From Sphagnum compactum (taxonomy: Eukaryota): DNA of 64,000 bases. A program made the translations under genes and the position numbers. The stretch covers positions 34,586,213 to 34,650,212 of the forward strand of contig OZ234493.1 in NCBI GenBank assembly GCA_965153455.1. The letters run 5' to 3'. The stretch's first letter is position 1. The number at the start of each line of letters is the position of its first letter. Under the pieces are notes generated by a model, which was given only the letters and a program-made list of their open reading frames with translations, searched no databases and was not told where the DNA came from. Shown here piece by piece: positions 13,561-26,270 of the stretch.

Positions 13561-13854
13561 AGTATCATTTTATTAGAGTAAACCCCCTTTATAATCACAC
13601 CCTTGGTGACCACTTTTTGTGTGACACTAAATAATTCTGATTCAAATTTGTATAGTCACATTCCATACAAACCCATACAAGATTGTGACTATAGGCAAAA
13701 AAAAACCTTGCAAAAAAAACCTATAATCACAATATAAAATAAACCTTCCAAATGATAGAATAAAAGTTTTAATTGTTTAAATCTTTTACATAGGTTACTT
13801 TATTATGCATTATTAGATTTGAAAAAGGTTGTGATTTTTGCCTATTTTAATGGC

Positions 13855-15360
13855 AAGCACTAAACAAGCGCAACAAATTAAATGTGGCACCGTTTTTGAT
13901 GCATTTGCAATACAATGCCCAATAAGGAAAAAAAATTCAGATTCTTTTACTGTACTTGCTTAATGATTAATGTTGTAGGTATCTTTCTTACACAATAGTT
14001 TCAAAGAAAAAAACATGTCATGTATTGGTTAGAATCTTCCTTTCAACCCAAAGGTTCAAGGTTCAATTTTTTTTTAAATTATTTTTTCCAACAAATGAAA
14101 TGGATGAAAAAGTTCATAGAACATTTAAGAAGTAATTTTTTAAGTTAGTTACCTTTAGGAAGTAACTTCCTCGAGCAAAAGAAAAGTAAGTGCCAATCCA
14201 AAGCAAGTTCCCCATGGAGTAAGAGAAGTTATTTTTTGAAAAGTACAACTTCCCCAAGGAGCAATGAATTTTCCTTAAGGAAACGCCCAAGTTCCTTGGG
14301 GAGAAGGGCACCTTCCCTGGGGAACAATGTACTTTCTTTGAGGAAAAACCTAAGTTCCCCAAAGAAACATATGTTTTGAATCTTTTTGCAATCATAGTCA
14401 TCTCATTATTTTTTATATGTTATTGCAACCTATCGTGGGAAAGGTTTCAAAGAGAGCTACAACTTTTTAAGTGGAAATGCTTCAATCAAAATTCATATGC
14501 AAAAGTTATGATCAAACAAAATTTTGAACACATTTGTTCCCTAACGAAACTTCAACTCCTTTTCCCTAGGGGACATGATTGTTCCCAAGAAAAAAAAGGT
14601 TTAAGTTGTTCCTTGGGGCAATTTAAACTCCTTCTCCTTAGGGACATGATTGTTCCTGGAGGGAAAAAAAATTTAAGTTGCTCCTTGAGGCAACTTAAAC
14701 TCCTCTTCCTAAAAAAAATATGTTTGAAACTTTGTGTGAACATAACTTTTGCATGTGACTTCTGATTGAAATGCTTCCAAGTACAAAGTTGTAGTTCTCT
14801 TAAAGACCTTTCCAATGATAGGTCATAAGCCTATATAAACAAGAATTATGAAATGACTATGATTGCTAAAAAAATCGAAACATATATTTCTTTGAGGAAC
14901 AATCATGTTCCCAAGGAGAAGGAATTTAAGTTGTTTCGAGGAGTAACTTTTTTTCTAAGAACAATCATGTCCTCAAAGAGAAAGAACTCTTTTTCTTTCA
15001 AGAACATGGTTGCTCCTTGGGGCAATTTAAGCCTTGTTATTTTGGGAACATGGTTGTTCCCTGGGAGCAACTTAAACCCCTTTTTATGTCGAGAATTTGT
15101 TTTCGTCCATTTCGTTTGAAGATGAAAAGATAATTAAGGAAAAGGGTCAAACCCAAAACCTTTGGGCTGGAAAGGGGAATTTAACCACTGCATTAGTTTT
15201 TATCTTTAAAATAATAAATATACATATAATTTAACTTATTCCCCATTGTGAGGGTAATTTAAAAAAAAAATCTGAGTTTTTTTTTGTCTTGTTGTGCATT
15301 GTACTATAATTGCGTTGAGCCCGATGCTACATTTAATTCATTGCACTTGTTTAATGATTG
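13855..15360. mobile_element. Foldback (giant imperfect palindrome) element with internal short tandem repeats
   Basis: Three nested pairs of inverted arms: ~13858-13945 with ~15265-15357, ~14020-14115 with ~15090-15192, and ~14370-14535 with ~14715-14900. The ORF track shows mirror peptides MTMIAKRFKTYVSLGN (-) and MTMIAKKIETYISLRN (+). Confidence 0.85.
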
Positions 15361-16884
15361 CTTGTTTTAATGTGATGACCTACATGAGTTCCTGTGTATT
15401 TTGTTAACTATATGTTTGAATTAATTTTTTTTGTTTTCTTGGCAAGCTCACATTTTTTTGTTTGCTTGCAATAAAAAGTTGTCTTTTAAAAAAAATAAAA
15501 ATTGGATTCATTGTTGTTAGTTTGCACAACCTAAACACAAACCAACAATAATTGGGTACTACAATTTACAAAACCCTAATATTTGTCTTAGATTTCTCTT
15601 GTTATAATCACATTTACTAAGAAAGCTTTGCAAATGTTTTGTGCTATTAACAAGATTGATAGTAATTAAAAAAAACAGTGTTTCTTACCAAAAGGGATGG
15701 TTACCAAAAAAAAAGTGTGACATAAAGAAGAATGTGACTAAAATGGGTGACTTGGGAAGGTGTTAGGCTTTGCTATGTCTTTAACAGCCTCACCAAACCA
15801 TGCCAAAACTATTTTTATTCAGCCAAACAGCATGTTTTGATTTTTCTTTGTTCAATTTTAATTTGCAGAGCCACAGACTGAAAAGTGGAGGAATTGCTCT
15901 TCAAATACGTCCACCCACACCCCAAATTTGGGCCTTCATCAGTGTTTTACAAAAGGAACATACAATGTGAATTATTTCCCATCCTCAGCCATAAACATGA
16001 AAAAATGGTGACAGAAATAAGTGAGAGAATATTTAAATATCACCACCTGGCCCAATCAGCATTTCCACCAACAGGCCCACTTGAAGTGCCCTGTGTACAT
16101 ACTACGGGTAAATTTACAGGCACAAACTGAGATTCACACTTTTTTTCTATACTTCATGGAAAGTATATTGTACAAGCCCTTTTACAGCTCTGTGTGAACA
16201 TGGTGGAAGCACTGACTTCATTGTTTCTGCCACAGGAAGAGAGTTCAGAGCTCTCATATACTGAGTTTGTTGGCTGTGCCCCTAAGGAGGACACTCCCCA
16301 TAAAGTTCGTTTGGTCACACATCTTGAGGAATGTTCACCAGGTGTTGACTATGAAGTGTGAATTGATCTTTTGGAACTTCAAGGAACAATTCCTTGTATT
16401 TTAACTGTTGCTTGTTTGAACTTGCCTCTTAGTTCAGCTATGAGTGCAGCTTGTTTGTTCCTGTGTTTTCATTTTCTGGGAGGTAAGTTTTGCAAACCCA
16501 AGATGAGAGAGTGATTCCAATTGTGGTGGTGGGTCTTTCCAAGATGATCATAATGAAAACGTGTGTACAATAAAGAGTTCTGACTGCTAAGGTTTGTGAG
16601 AGGTGATAGTCTGTTCAATGCTGGATATTGGTGTCTCATGAATGCAGGAATACAGTTGACAATGACGAAAATGTTGCGCGGGGAAGACGTTAAACCGTTT
16701 AGGTTGCAGAGGGGTCAGAGAATCCATCCATCTTCGCAGGCTCCCGGAGGAAGACTGTTGAGAAGAATGTTGTCCAAAGCTCAAGATTTCACTGGGTCTC
16801 ACCCACAACTGCTTAGCAAACGCGTTGACACTCATGCAGTGTTTTTTTCTAGGAATTTGCCTAAGTAGTGTAAATCTATAATCA

Positions 16885-18520
16885 ACTATATTTATGACTA
16901 GATCCACAGGAAGATGTAGAAAAATAAAATGGCGATCATCCACAGGAAGGTTTAGCCAAATCTGACTATAAATCAGAAATGAAGTTCAAATCTTGAGTCG
17001 ACTATATTTATGACTAGTTTTTTTTCTATTTCTTGTAGTGACATTTTGCCTATTGGCGACAAAGAAAAAGGGGCTGCAAATTTGAAAAAAGGACCTTTCT
17101 TTCAGAATATCCCCAAAAGTTGCCATATTTCAAGGAAAAAACAGTTTGTATGGTCATACTATTTAGACCATGGTTTCTTGCATGTTGCCAGTATACAGTG
17201 GGCCACTGTATTCACAGAATTCTTTTTCTGTGAATTTTCGTCATCTGGTGAAATGTTCTTCAAAAGACAAATTCTGTCAAATATTCCTATTTTTCAAGAA
17301 GTTTCCAAGAATTGAAAAGAAATTCTAAAAAAATCAGCATGTTTCAACACATCGTTCAGGCAAGTAGCGAGGATATAAAAGGATTTTTAATAAATTTCTA
17401 GTTTCATAGCCAAACATGGGTAAATATCCTTGTCGATGATCGCCAAAGTGGCAACATCACAGAATTGAAAAAAAAAAAAACACTGCAGCAGGCTTTCAAA
17501 AGAATTCTACTTTCTCTCTCACCTGTAGCCAATTTTTTGCTAATTCCTCTTGTGGACGATCGCCACTCCACTTCCCTCACAAGAGTGAAAAAGAAAAAAC
17601 CCTGATTATCGACGACACCCTGATCTCTTGTTTGTGAACTGAAAGGGGAAAATTGCCGGAGAAAGAAGAGACAACTGGCGCCGGGGGAAAACGATGATCG
17701 TCGGTCAGTTTCGCTTTCTGTTGTTGCAAGAAATTTCGCTGCACTCCTTCCATTGGAGAGTACTGAAAATTTACTGTTCTTAATTACACACGGCCTGGGG
17801 CTTTAGTAACTGTTTGTACAACAGAGAGGAGGACACATTAAGGAAAGGCTATTGCGTGAGAAGGACATCGCCAGCCAGCTTCTTGCGGTCGTCTTCTGCC
17901 GGACACAGCTCAGATCTTCGTATAACTTGTAATGATCAGTACATTCTGACACATGATCTCTCCCCAGAGCAAGTGTCACCAGAACAAGCTAGTGATTTTA
18001 GTTTTTTTGTGGCGAAAATTCGCCATTTCGCTAAAACAAAACAGTCCTAGGCAACATGGTCAAGGGAATTTTTTGGGATTTGTTTTTTGAAAGGCCATAA
18101 TATTTCGAAGAATAAAGTTATGAATTCGCAAAAAAACAATTTGTGATGATTTGGGCAAATTTTTCTAGCTTTTTTCTTTGAAATCGTCATATTTAGCTAA
18201 TAAATTCTACTAGTTCACCAACATCTAATAGGATTCCTAGATTTTTCTATTTTATTATTTTTTTAAAACCAGCTTTGGCTAAATTCTCTTGTGGCTGATC
18301 GTCACGTTTGGAGCAACATGAGAAAATTGAAAGAAAAAGAAATGCTGTTTCAATCAAGATAGACATTTTTCCCTTCCTGAATAAATTTTGTTAAACAAAG
18401 AAATTCGGAAAATTTCGAATTTGTTTTGGTTTTCTATTGTAAATTGGACTAATAGTTTTCCACTTTTTCCGCCAAAATTTCGATGTAAAAAAACGTTAAA
18501 TTATACAAACTGGATCAAAC
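16885..18520. mobile_element. Cluster of short nested MITE-like repeats (TAGCCAAATTTGGCTA and GATGATCGCCA motifs)
   Basis: The motifs recur at ~16930, 17435, 17525-17565 and 18270-18300, and again at 28770-28830, 29310-29345, 33345, 35120 and 38940-39195. A 17 bp direct repeat, ACTATATTTATGACTAG, sits at 16885 and 17001. Confidence 0.6.
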
Positions 18521-19542
18521 CAGGAATTCCTTTTCCACACCCAATTAAATAATAAAATTCGGAAAAAACCCCAGAATGTTTACTTGAACTAAAATTAGTT
18601 TTGCTTGTAAAATCAAAGTTGAGAGTATGTTCTAGAAATTACACTCTCCAGTAGTTATGCTGAAATAATTCGGACCCTGAAGTCGTGCATTACGACAAAT
18701 CATGAGCTTCCATGAAACCCATTGTGTAGAGTGAAACATTCTGCGAGCGAGAGCAAAAGGAACTGCCTGATCGGTGTGACGATTGCTTATTACATAACCA
18801 GAAAGAAAGTGCCTGGCGTTTTCAGCTTGCAGATCATCTAAGCCGCACAGTGCACATACTAGACACTCCTACAAGTGTGTATATATGTATATATATTCAT
18901 TCGCTAGCTGCCTGAATAAGAATCTGCATGACTGTAGCTGCATGGTGTAGTAGAGTTTCAAGGATTGGGCGTTTAGATCGAATCTGATCTTCCTAAAATT
19001 TTAATATGAAAATTTCGACCAAATTACAGTTACAGTAGTTATAACTCTACAGGATCTGAATGAATGAAGGAGCTGTTGCTGCTGCTGCATGAAAGCTCAG
19101 AAGGGATTGTTGCGTATGATCTGCTGAACTAGAGTGTAACAAACTTCTTACTCCTGCAACAATTTTGCATGAATGTTAGGTGCAGGAATTAGGCTGCTCC
19201 TAAAGGGATTTTGTTTTTTTCTTGAATAGTGTGTAAGGTTTGAACTGGGTCCGTCCCAAACTAGGCCGTCAAGAGTGACAAGGGTCCTGTTGTAAAAAAG
19301 GCTTAGTAGTTTCTTCCTCAGATAGAGCTCCATTTTATTTTATTACGTTTTGATCGTGGTCGTCTCGAGTCTCCACCAGAACGAACTGTAAAACTGCCAT
19401 TGTTGTTATCAGTTGCATTAGAATAATTCCAGTTTGTTTTGAAGAGTTTGTTCTATCAGAGGAAGGAATTAGTCTCGAAGAAACAAATCGAAGTCTAGAA
19501 GGCGATCTTAAATCAGAAGAGGACTGCCTTTGTCGGAGGGCT

Positions 19543-20607
19543 ATGCATCGGAATATAGTGTATGGCCATTCGGAATGGGAGACGCACAAGTGTTGTTGGA
19601 GACATTGTCGACACTTCTTTACAATCCTAGCTTCTGGTGTGAACGCCATTTCTCTTGGTCCTCCGGTCTTCACTTGCACGCTGATCGCGATACTGGTTGC
19701 GGGATTTAATCAAGCAGTGGTCGATCGTCGCTTCCCTCATTGGGTGCCGCTCCTTCGCGTGGCGCCTCTTCCTTTCGAGCTCACGTCGCCAGTGGTGGCA
19801 TTGTTGTTGGTATTTCGTACCAATGCCTCGTACGGGAGGTTTGACGAAGCACGCAAGGCATGGGGTTCTAATGTCAACAGAACACGAGATCTCGCCAGAC
19901 AAGTTTTGAGCTGGATCCGAAGTCCAGCGGATGCTGAGAAGGTGGACTGTCTCTTGCGACACATTAAAGCATACTCCTATTGTTTGAAGCATCACTTGAC
20001 ACAAGAGAATACGCTGCGGGAGGATCTCAAGGGGGTACTGGAGCACAGGGAGGTTGAAGCAGTGCTGGCGTCAAAACATAGTCCAAATTACGTTTTGCAG
20101 GTGATTTCGGAACTCATCAATCAGAGCGAGCTGTCGCAGTGGGAGAAGATTCGGATGGACGAAAACATCACGCAGTTTCACGACAATGTCGGCGCATGCG
20201 AGCGCATCTTCAAGACTCCCATCCCAATTTCTTACACGCATGTCACCTCCAGAATCTTGCTCATATGGCATATGACCCTCCCGTTAGCTTTGTGGGAGTC
20301 ATGCGACTGGCTCATGATTCCAGTCACTTTTCTCTGCGCTTTGGCCATGTTCTACATCGAAGAAGTGGGAGTGATGATTGAAGAGCCGTTTTGTATTCTA
20401 GCACTCAAGGCCATCAGTGACGGTGTAGCCGAAAGCTTGGATGGCCTTGTATGTTCTCACAGGGAAGCTTCTTTCCGATGGAGCTGCTGCAGCTTCCAAC
20501 CGATCATTAAAGAGGACTCGCACGTAGCTGTAATGATCCATTCTGCAAACAACTCCAAATCTGAAATGAACCAAAAAGTCCAGCTGCAGCTCGATCACAG
20601 TAGCTAG
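19543..20607 (+). CDS. Bestrophin-like / UPF0187 family anion channel (VCCN-type voltage-dependent chloride channel homologue), 354 aa
   Basis: The uninterrupted ORF contains ALLLVFRTNASYGRFDEARKAWG, GACERIFKTPIPISYT, LPLALW and IEEVGVMIEEPF, which are the signature blocks of the UPF0187/Bestrophin-2 family. GC content is higher than the flanks. The frame is open upstream to 19354, so the true start may lie in an upstream exon. Confidence 0.93.
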   Translation: MHRNIVYGHSEWETHKCCWRHCRHFFTILASGVNAISLGPPVFTCTLIAILVAGFNQAVVDRRFPHWVPLLRVAPLPFELTSPVVALLLVFRTNASYGRFDEARKAWGSNVNRTRDLARQVLSWIRSPADAEKVDCLLRHIKAYSYCLKHHLTQENTLREDLKGVLEHREVEAVLASKHSPNYVLQVISELINQSELSQWEKIRMDENITQFHDNVGACERIFKTPIPISYTHVTSRILLIWHMTLPLALWESCDWLMIPVTFLCALAMFYIEEVGVMIEEPFCILALKAISDGVAESLDGLVCSHREASFRWSCCSFQPIIKEDSHVAVMIHSANNSKSEMNQKVQLQLDHSS

Positions 20608-23299
20608 AATTTTCTTGTCCGAGAGCTGCTGCTGCAACTGATCATGAAGTTGCGCCGCCAGCTACATTCATGACTGTCCAATACTGCTCTAACCCTAATG
20701 TACAACCCTATGAAATGCAGTAGTGTTCATTGGAAGTAGTCGAACTTCACCAACCCTATTACACGTTTTTCCTGCAGGTTAATGCGAGCTGCGGATTCCA
20801 CATGGAACTAGCAATGCAGTGGATTGCCTGTAGTTGCAGATCATGTCTACATTCCTGTGTAGTTGAAAATCAGGACGGGGATCCGAAAATGGGAAAACAG
20901 CTAGGCCACTCTTTAAATCCATGCAGGCCTAATATTTTGCGGGGATCTTTGAGAAGGAACAGTTGGGCGATGCGAGCCGCTAAGATCAGTTTCGAAGTCA
21001 CCAACTAGATCAGAACTTTCTTAGCTCGGCCCACTTCATGCACTTTAGACTCGATGTTGCAGGTCAATGTGACGCGCTTTGACATGTTGTAGAGAATGTA
21101 GAGCTCGATGTCTGGTTGCCATATTATTAGAGAAACTTTCTTCGCTCACCCGACGTCCAAGTTTGGCTCGATATTGTAATTCCGAATTCGCAGCTAATCT
21201 TGCGCACATATGTACATACATTATGAGGCAAACCCAATTGGAATTAAAAAGCTTGAGCGCCTTTGTTCATATATGATATTGTGCTTCGAAATTATTGAGC
21301 TCTTGTTACGATCTGCATCGCTGAAAGTCGAACAAGTAGCATATCTGAATTCTAGTTTGTTTGTGATCTTTGATACCTCTTTGATCGGTACTGCTGCTGC
21401 ATACCAGTTGTAGGTAGGTACTGATTGACGGCTCCTCTTATGAATCAATCTTGGAGCACTCCGGACTTACATAACTTCTTTTATGCAGCAGCTGGAGATC
21501 ACTCATCATAACATTCAGTTAACTAGTGCAGATTAATTTTTTCTGGAGATTCTGCAACCATGCATGAAAGACTTGGGATTTCACAAATGGAACATGGGTA
21601 ATAGCACACTAAGGTGGACGAAAATTGGCAAATCAGAGTTCATTTTGAGAGTCCATTTGCTTTGTATTTTAAGTTCATAATATATGTATTCAAATTTTGA
21701 ATAAATTTGCCAATGTGATTTCAATAAAAGTCTACTATAGTTGGCAATCATTCGCATGCAGATTCAATCACAATCAATGAACACTTAGTGAACAAATTTT
21801 TCATAAAAGCAAACAGGTTTTCACAAATTTTCCATATTTTGATCATATACCATATAAACACAATCTAAAGAAATGCTTTAATTGAAATTTGCAGTTCACA
21901 ATACTACATTCTACTTCAAAGATTTCTCATACCCAACAAAGTCTAGTGTAGCTTCAGTGAAGCTTGATTAATGCACTGCAACTTTAATCTACTAGAAACC
22001 TCTCCCAGAACCATATGCTTGATTAGAAATGGCAGATCCACACGTGCCATAGCTGCAGATTATTTTGCAAATATATTACCAACTGCAAAGTTGTTGCAAA
22101 CAATGAAAAAGTACTAGACAATGTATTGAAAGAACATTACACAATAAGAGGCACAAATTTATTCAGCACCATTACAACTTCAAATCTTTACTCAAATGAA
22201 TTGCGTGCAGAAAGTTGAATCTGGTCGTCACTTTCCTCCCCAGACTTCATACAGAGCAAGTTGAAAATGAAGTTGATCATGCTTGGATGCAAGGTATGGT
22301 GGCTCACTATGGTGATTCACACTTGTGATCATGCATTTGGTTATTAAAGAGTGCAATAATAACAAATTATAAACACTTAACAACCATGTCTATGCAAAAA
22401 CGTTTTATGCATGTGTATGTTACGTTACTAGTTTGAAGTGTTAACTTTTCACAAACATAGTGACCCACCATAGAGTGCACAAACATTCATGCATATAATC
22501 ATCATGATTAGAGAAGAAATATGATCTGACTGCTGCTTCCCATTTCTAATTGGCCAATCATAATGATTGGTACAGGTGGTTTGCTATTAGTAGTCTCCCA
22601 CCTATTTGCAGTCTCAGTTTCAGTTTTATGGGCACAGGGTTGCAAAAAGGTAAATAACAAAACTTGGATGTGAGAAATATTTTTGCAAGATCACACACTG
22701 AGCACCGCTGGGGATGTCTAAGAACTGCATCACAATAACATGACTTATCGCAATTTAGCTTGTCTATTGCACAAAGACTAGCGAACGTAAAGCTTTCGAA
22801 TAAACCCTAAAATCTCAAAACCTTCTTGCTTTGTGAAATGAATCACAGTGCAAACCTCCAAGGTTTCTTCCCTGTTTAATCTTGCATGTCATTGATTGTT
22901 GCCAAAAAAGCCATTGTGATATCTCTAGTATTTACTTTTAGGATTGTAATCGGCATGATGTACATGCAAGGTTGTCAAAAAGGCTTCCACTGGTCCCTGG
23001 AGAACATGTAGCCAAAATGTCAATGAAACCCTAGCTGGATGAAAAAGAAAAAGAAAGAATGGAAACCTAACAGTTCCATCTTCAAAGGAATTTGCTTAGA
23101 AGTTGGAAAGCCCCCTCCATGATTAATGTCGCCCAGATGATTCCTAATCCAGATCAGGAGTGAAAGCTGTAAACAATTTTAACTCGTAGATTGAACTCTC
23201 TCTGGACACTTGAAGTTACAAGAAAACTAAGATTTGGTGGTTCCTAATCACATCTCCTATTCGTCATTCATGAGCATAGATATACTTCCCCAAAACAAA

Positions 23300-23905
23300 G
23301 GATGAATTTGTAGAAATGCACAGTAGCTTTTACTAAGCCAGATGGTAAGACTAGAATGAGAATAAAGAAAAAGAGAGCAGCCATAAAATATTGATCAGCA
23401 GCTAATAACAATTAATGATAAGCTAAACTACAACCATACAAATAAATCCTAGAAAAAAAGGATAACTACAATTGCTCGTCTCATCTGCCAGACCATAGGC
23501 CGATCTGAAAGTCTAGGTCTGTCACAGAAACCCTAAACCCTAAACACCCTCTCTCAGACCTAACGTTCTCCTTTGGAGATCTAAACTAAAACTTAATATA
23601 TCTAGATTCTAGATATCGCTGAGTCTCATCCGCTTCAAGTTCCGAAATGCATGTGGAGTTTCATGAGCATGTTTGCCTTCTAATTTAATTAGATTTCTCC
23701 TTTTCTACGATTTTGCTCAGACTGTGAACTCCAAGTTCATTTCTGAACTGGCTATATCTAGTTCTACCAAGGGGTTTGGTAAAAATATCAACAACTTGAT
23801 CTCCTTTAGGCAAATGAACTAAATCTATTTCTCTGCTTTCAATGAACTTTTCACGAATATAATGATAATGTGTTTCAATGTGCTTGGTTCCAGCATGAAA
23901 GACAA
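23300..23905 (-). mobile_element. Ty1/copia LTR retrotransposon 3' stub: RNase H end, polypurine tract, start of 3' LTR
   Basis: FHAGTKHIETHYHYIREK..I.LVHL....QVVDIFTKPL...Y..FR.ELGV (23685-23900) is the canonical copia RNase H end. The minus-strand PPT GAGAGAGGG (23547-23555) is followed directly by TG at 23546. The left boundary is uncertain. Confidence 0.85.
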
Positions 23906-25315
23906 AAATTTTGGGTGAAAGCACACTATGGTGGTATATTTTGGGCAAAAAAAATGTAATGTTTGTTGAAATATAGATTGTATATTTTGGATAGTCCAAA
24001 GTTGACCACCTACTTTTCCATTAAAGTAAAATAGTTGCAGGGTTCAAAATTTCATTGGAATACAAAATGGGCAACCCCAAATTTTGTTGAACTTTACATG
24101 TGGTTTGTCTTCAAGTTCAAGAAATAGACAAACAAAGAGTGTAATGTGGAGAATAGGTCAATCAAGATGTTGCTTTTTGCAAGGAAGCAATTGATCAATG
24201 AGTAGCTCACATCTACAAATGTGTAGCTCTTGCCCAGTTCATGAAGCTTGTTTCAAATCTTGCTTTTTTACTTGCTAGAAGAATGTTGTGGTTGCTTGTC
24301 CCTTTTCTCTTGCTCTTTTGCATGGTCATGCCATGGCAATGTGGAATTTGTGGCCATGGATTGTAGTTGCAATGTTTCTTTAAAAAAATCTAAAAACCTA
24401 GAATTGGCTTTGGACTTAGTCTTACAACCATCTCAAATAAAGGTCTAAAATTGGCCTTGCCTTAAACCTGGAGCAAGCAAGTCTCATAAAACCTAAGACT
24501 ATTTTCACTAGAGATTTGGCAATCGAAAAAATTGGACCCAGCTCTCAAACTGAGGAGTTTTAATTTTTAAAAATATTCTTTAAATTTGGAACTAAAAGGT
24601 TTCCATTTAAAAAAAATCTAGACTTACACTTGAAGGTTCTTCTAAAACCAAAGAACCAGCCAACGATGGTATAAACCAATAAAAAGACTTGTATTTTGTG
24701 CAGTTTGAGGTGTTGCATTCAGACTTTCAACACTAGTCACTATGATCCTTCAAGAATTTTGAGAAAGAGCCACTGGAAGCCTGACAGGTGAAGCACTTTC
24801 ATTCATTCTTTGTGGACAAAGTTAATGTCATTCTTCATCATGTTCTAGTATTGTTTATATTCTATACATAGTTTAGAGGCACAAACTATACATAGTGAAA
24901 GTTATCAGTAAAATCACCCTGTCTTTGGGCCCTATTTTGACCATCTAATTCATGTTTCATCCCCAATTTGAGTGTAGCCACAAAATGAGTGAAATTAAGT
25001 GCTGTTTTGATGAAATTGAGTATCAGTTCACAAAATTTACTGGATTTTATCATGACAACACTTTTTTCAATGGAGAATATGAGCAACTGTGAGGGCGCAG
25101 TTAGCAAAATCCACAACTGGGGGTGGAACTCCTCTGATGCTGAATTTAGGTGAGAAAAACAGTTTGGTCCCCTTCTTCTGTTTCCTATGTGCTGTTTTCA
25201 TCCTGACTTAAAAATTTGTCCCGCCCAAATAGACCCAGTTCAAATTGTTTTACAGATAAAGTTCTAATGTGCTTCCATGAGTTGTACATCAATCCAGTTC
25301 TTGATGGTTTACAAT

Positions 25316-25674
25316 CAGTGCTTTTTTCCAACAAAAAAATTGGGATAATCTTGGAAAGTTGTGTTTTCTAGTGTAAATTTGAAGAATTTTGTGTAGCTTT
25401 CTTGAGAAATTTGCCAAAATTTCAATAGATCATAGAATTTTAGGAAAAAAAACCCTTATTGTCATTAATGCTTTTTAATTAGTGTAAGTTTGCGATGCAC
25501 TTGAAGTGAAAATCATTCATATTTTTTTCTCAAAATAATTTAAGCATCCTTCTATTTTTTTCTACCCACTGGAACTTAATATAAAATCTGGCGTTGAAAT
25601 TTGGTGACTAATTTTATAAAAGAAAACCTTTACTGTTAGCCATTTGAAGAAAAATTACCAGAAAAAAAACACTG
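25316..25674. mobile_element. hAT-type MITE (CAGTG..CACTG termini, degenerate 8 bp TSD)
   Basis: Termini are CAGTGCTTTTTTCC and GAAAAAAAACACTG. Flanks are TTTACAAT and GTTATGAT (5/8 identical; the CA/TG difference fits CpG decay). Confidence 0.55.
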
Positions 25675-26270
25675 GTTATGATGTTAAAATTTGAAGTATA
25701 TCCAATTTAGAAAGCCGGAAGCCTTTCTATTTTTGACCCAATGATACCCATTGCACCACTTCCATGAGGACAATGCTTATAAGCTTATTGGCATCTAAGT
25801 ATCCATGGACACCACATGCAATCTCTAGGTGAGTCAGATACAACAAGTGGAAAATCATATCATGTTGCTATTCTGCTTGTGGTGGGTGCTTGGCTAACCA
25901 CAATAACACACAGTTTTAAATTCCTTTCTTTTGCCCAAAATAAGAGAAATCTTACATAAAGAGAATCTTTTACGAATATAAAGCCTTACTCAGAGTTTTT
26001 TTATTATAATTTGAGGATTATTATCAAGTTTTCTTTTTGTTTGTACAGCTCTGAATTGTTTTGCTTTTCAAATACACAGGTGTATTTGGTGTGATGGCAG
26101 AAACATCATGTTACGAAGAGTGTTTTGTTAATATACTTGTTGGGTGGAAAACAAATCAATGTTTTCATTTTAGAAATGTTTGATGTTGCCCAAGTAGTGA
26201 TTGTCCATACCAAGGAATTAAAAAAAAACCTGTGTTTCCAGTTTTTTGACGCAAAAATTACTATCACTAA

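Noticed and set aside
19093..19113. AAGCTCAGAAGGGATTGTTGC resembles miR390 (16/21) or a TAS3-type target site on the minus strand
   Set aside because: I found no foldback partner and no second miR390 site nearby, and the 3' end matches poorly. Likely chance.
19335..20637. Antisense and alternate-frame ORFs over the channel gene, and likewise over the dioxygenase and LINE
   Set aside because: These are shadow ORFs expected in GC-rich coding sequence.
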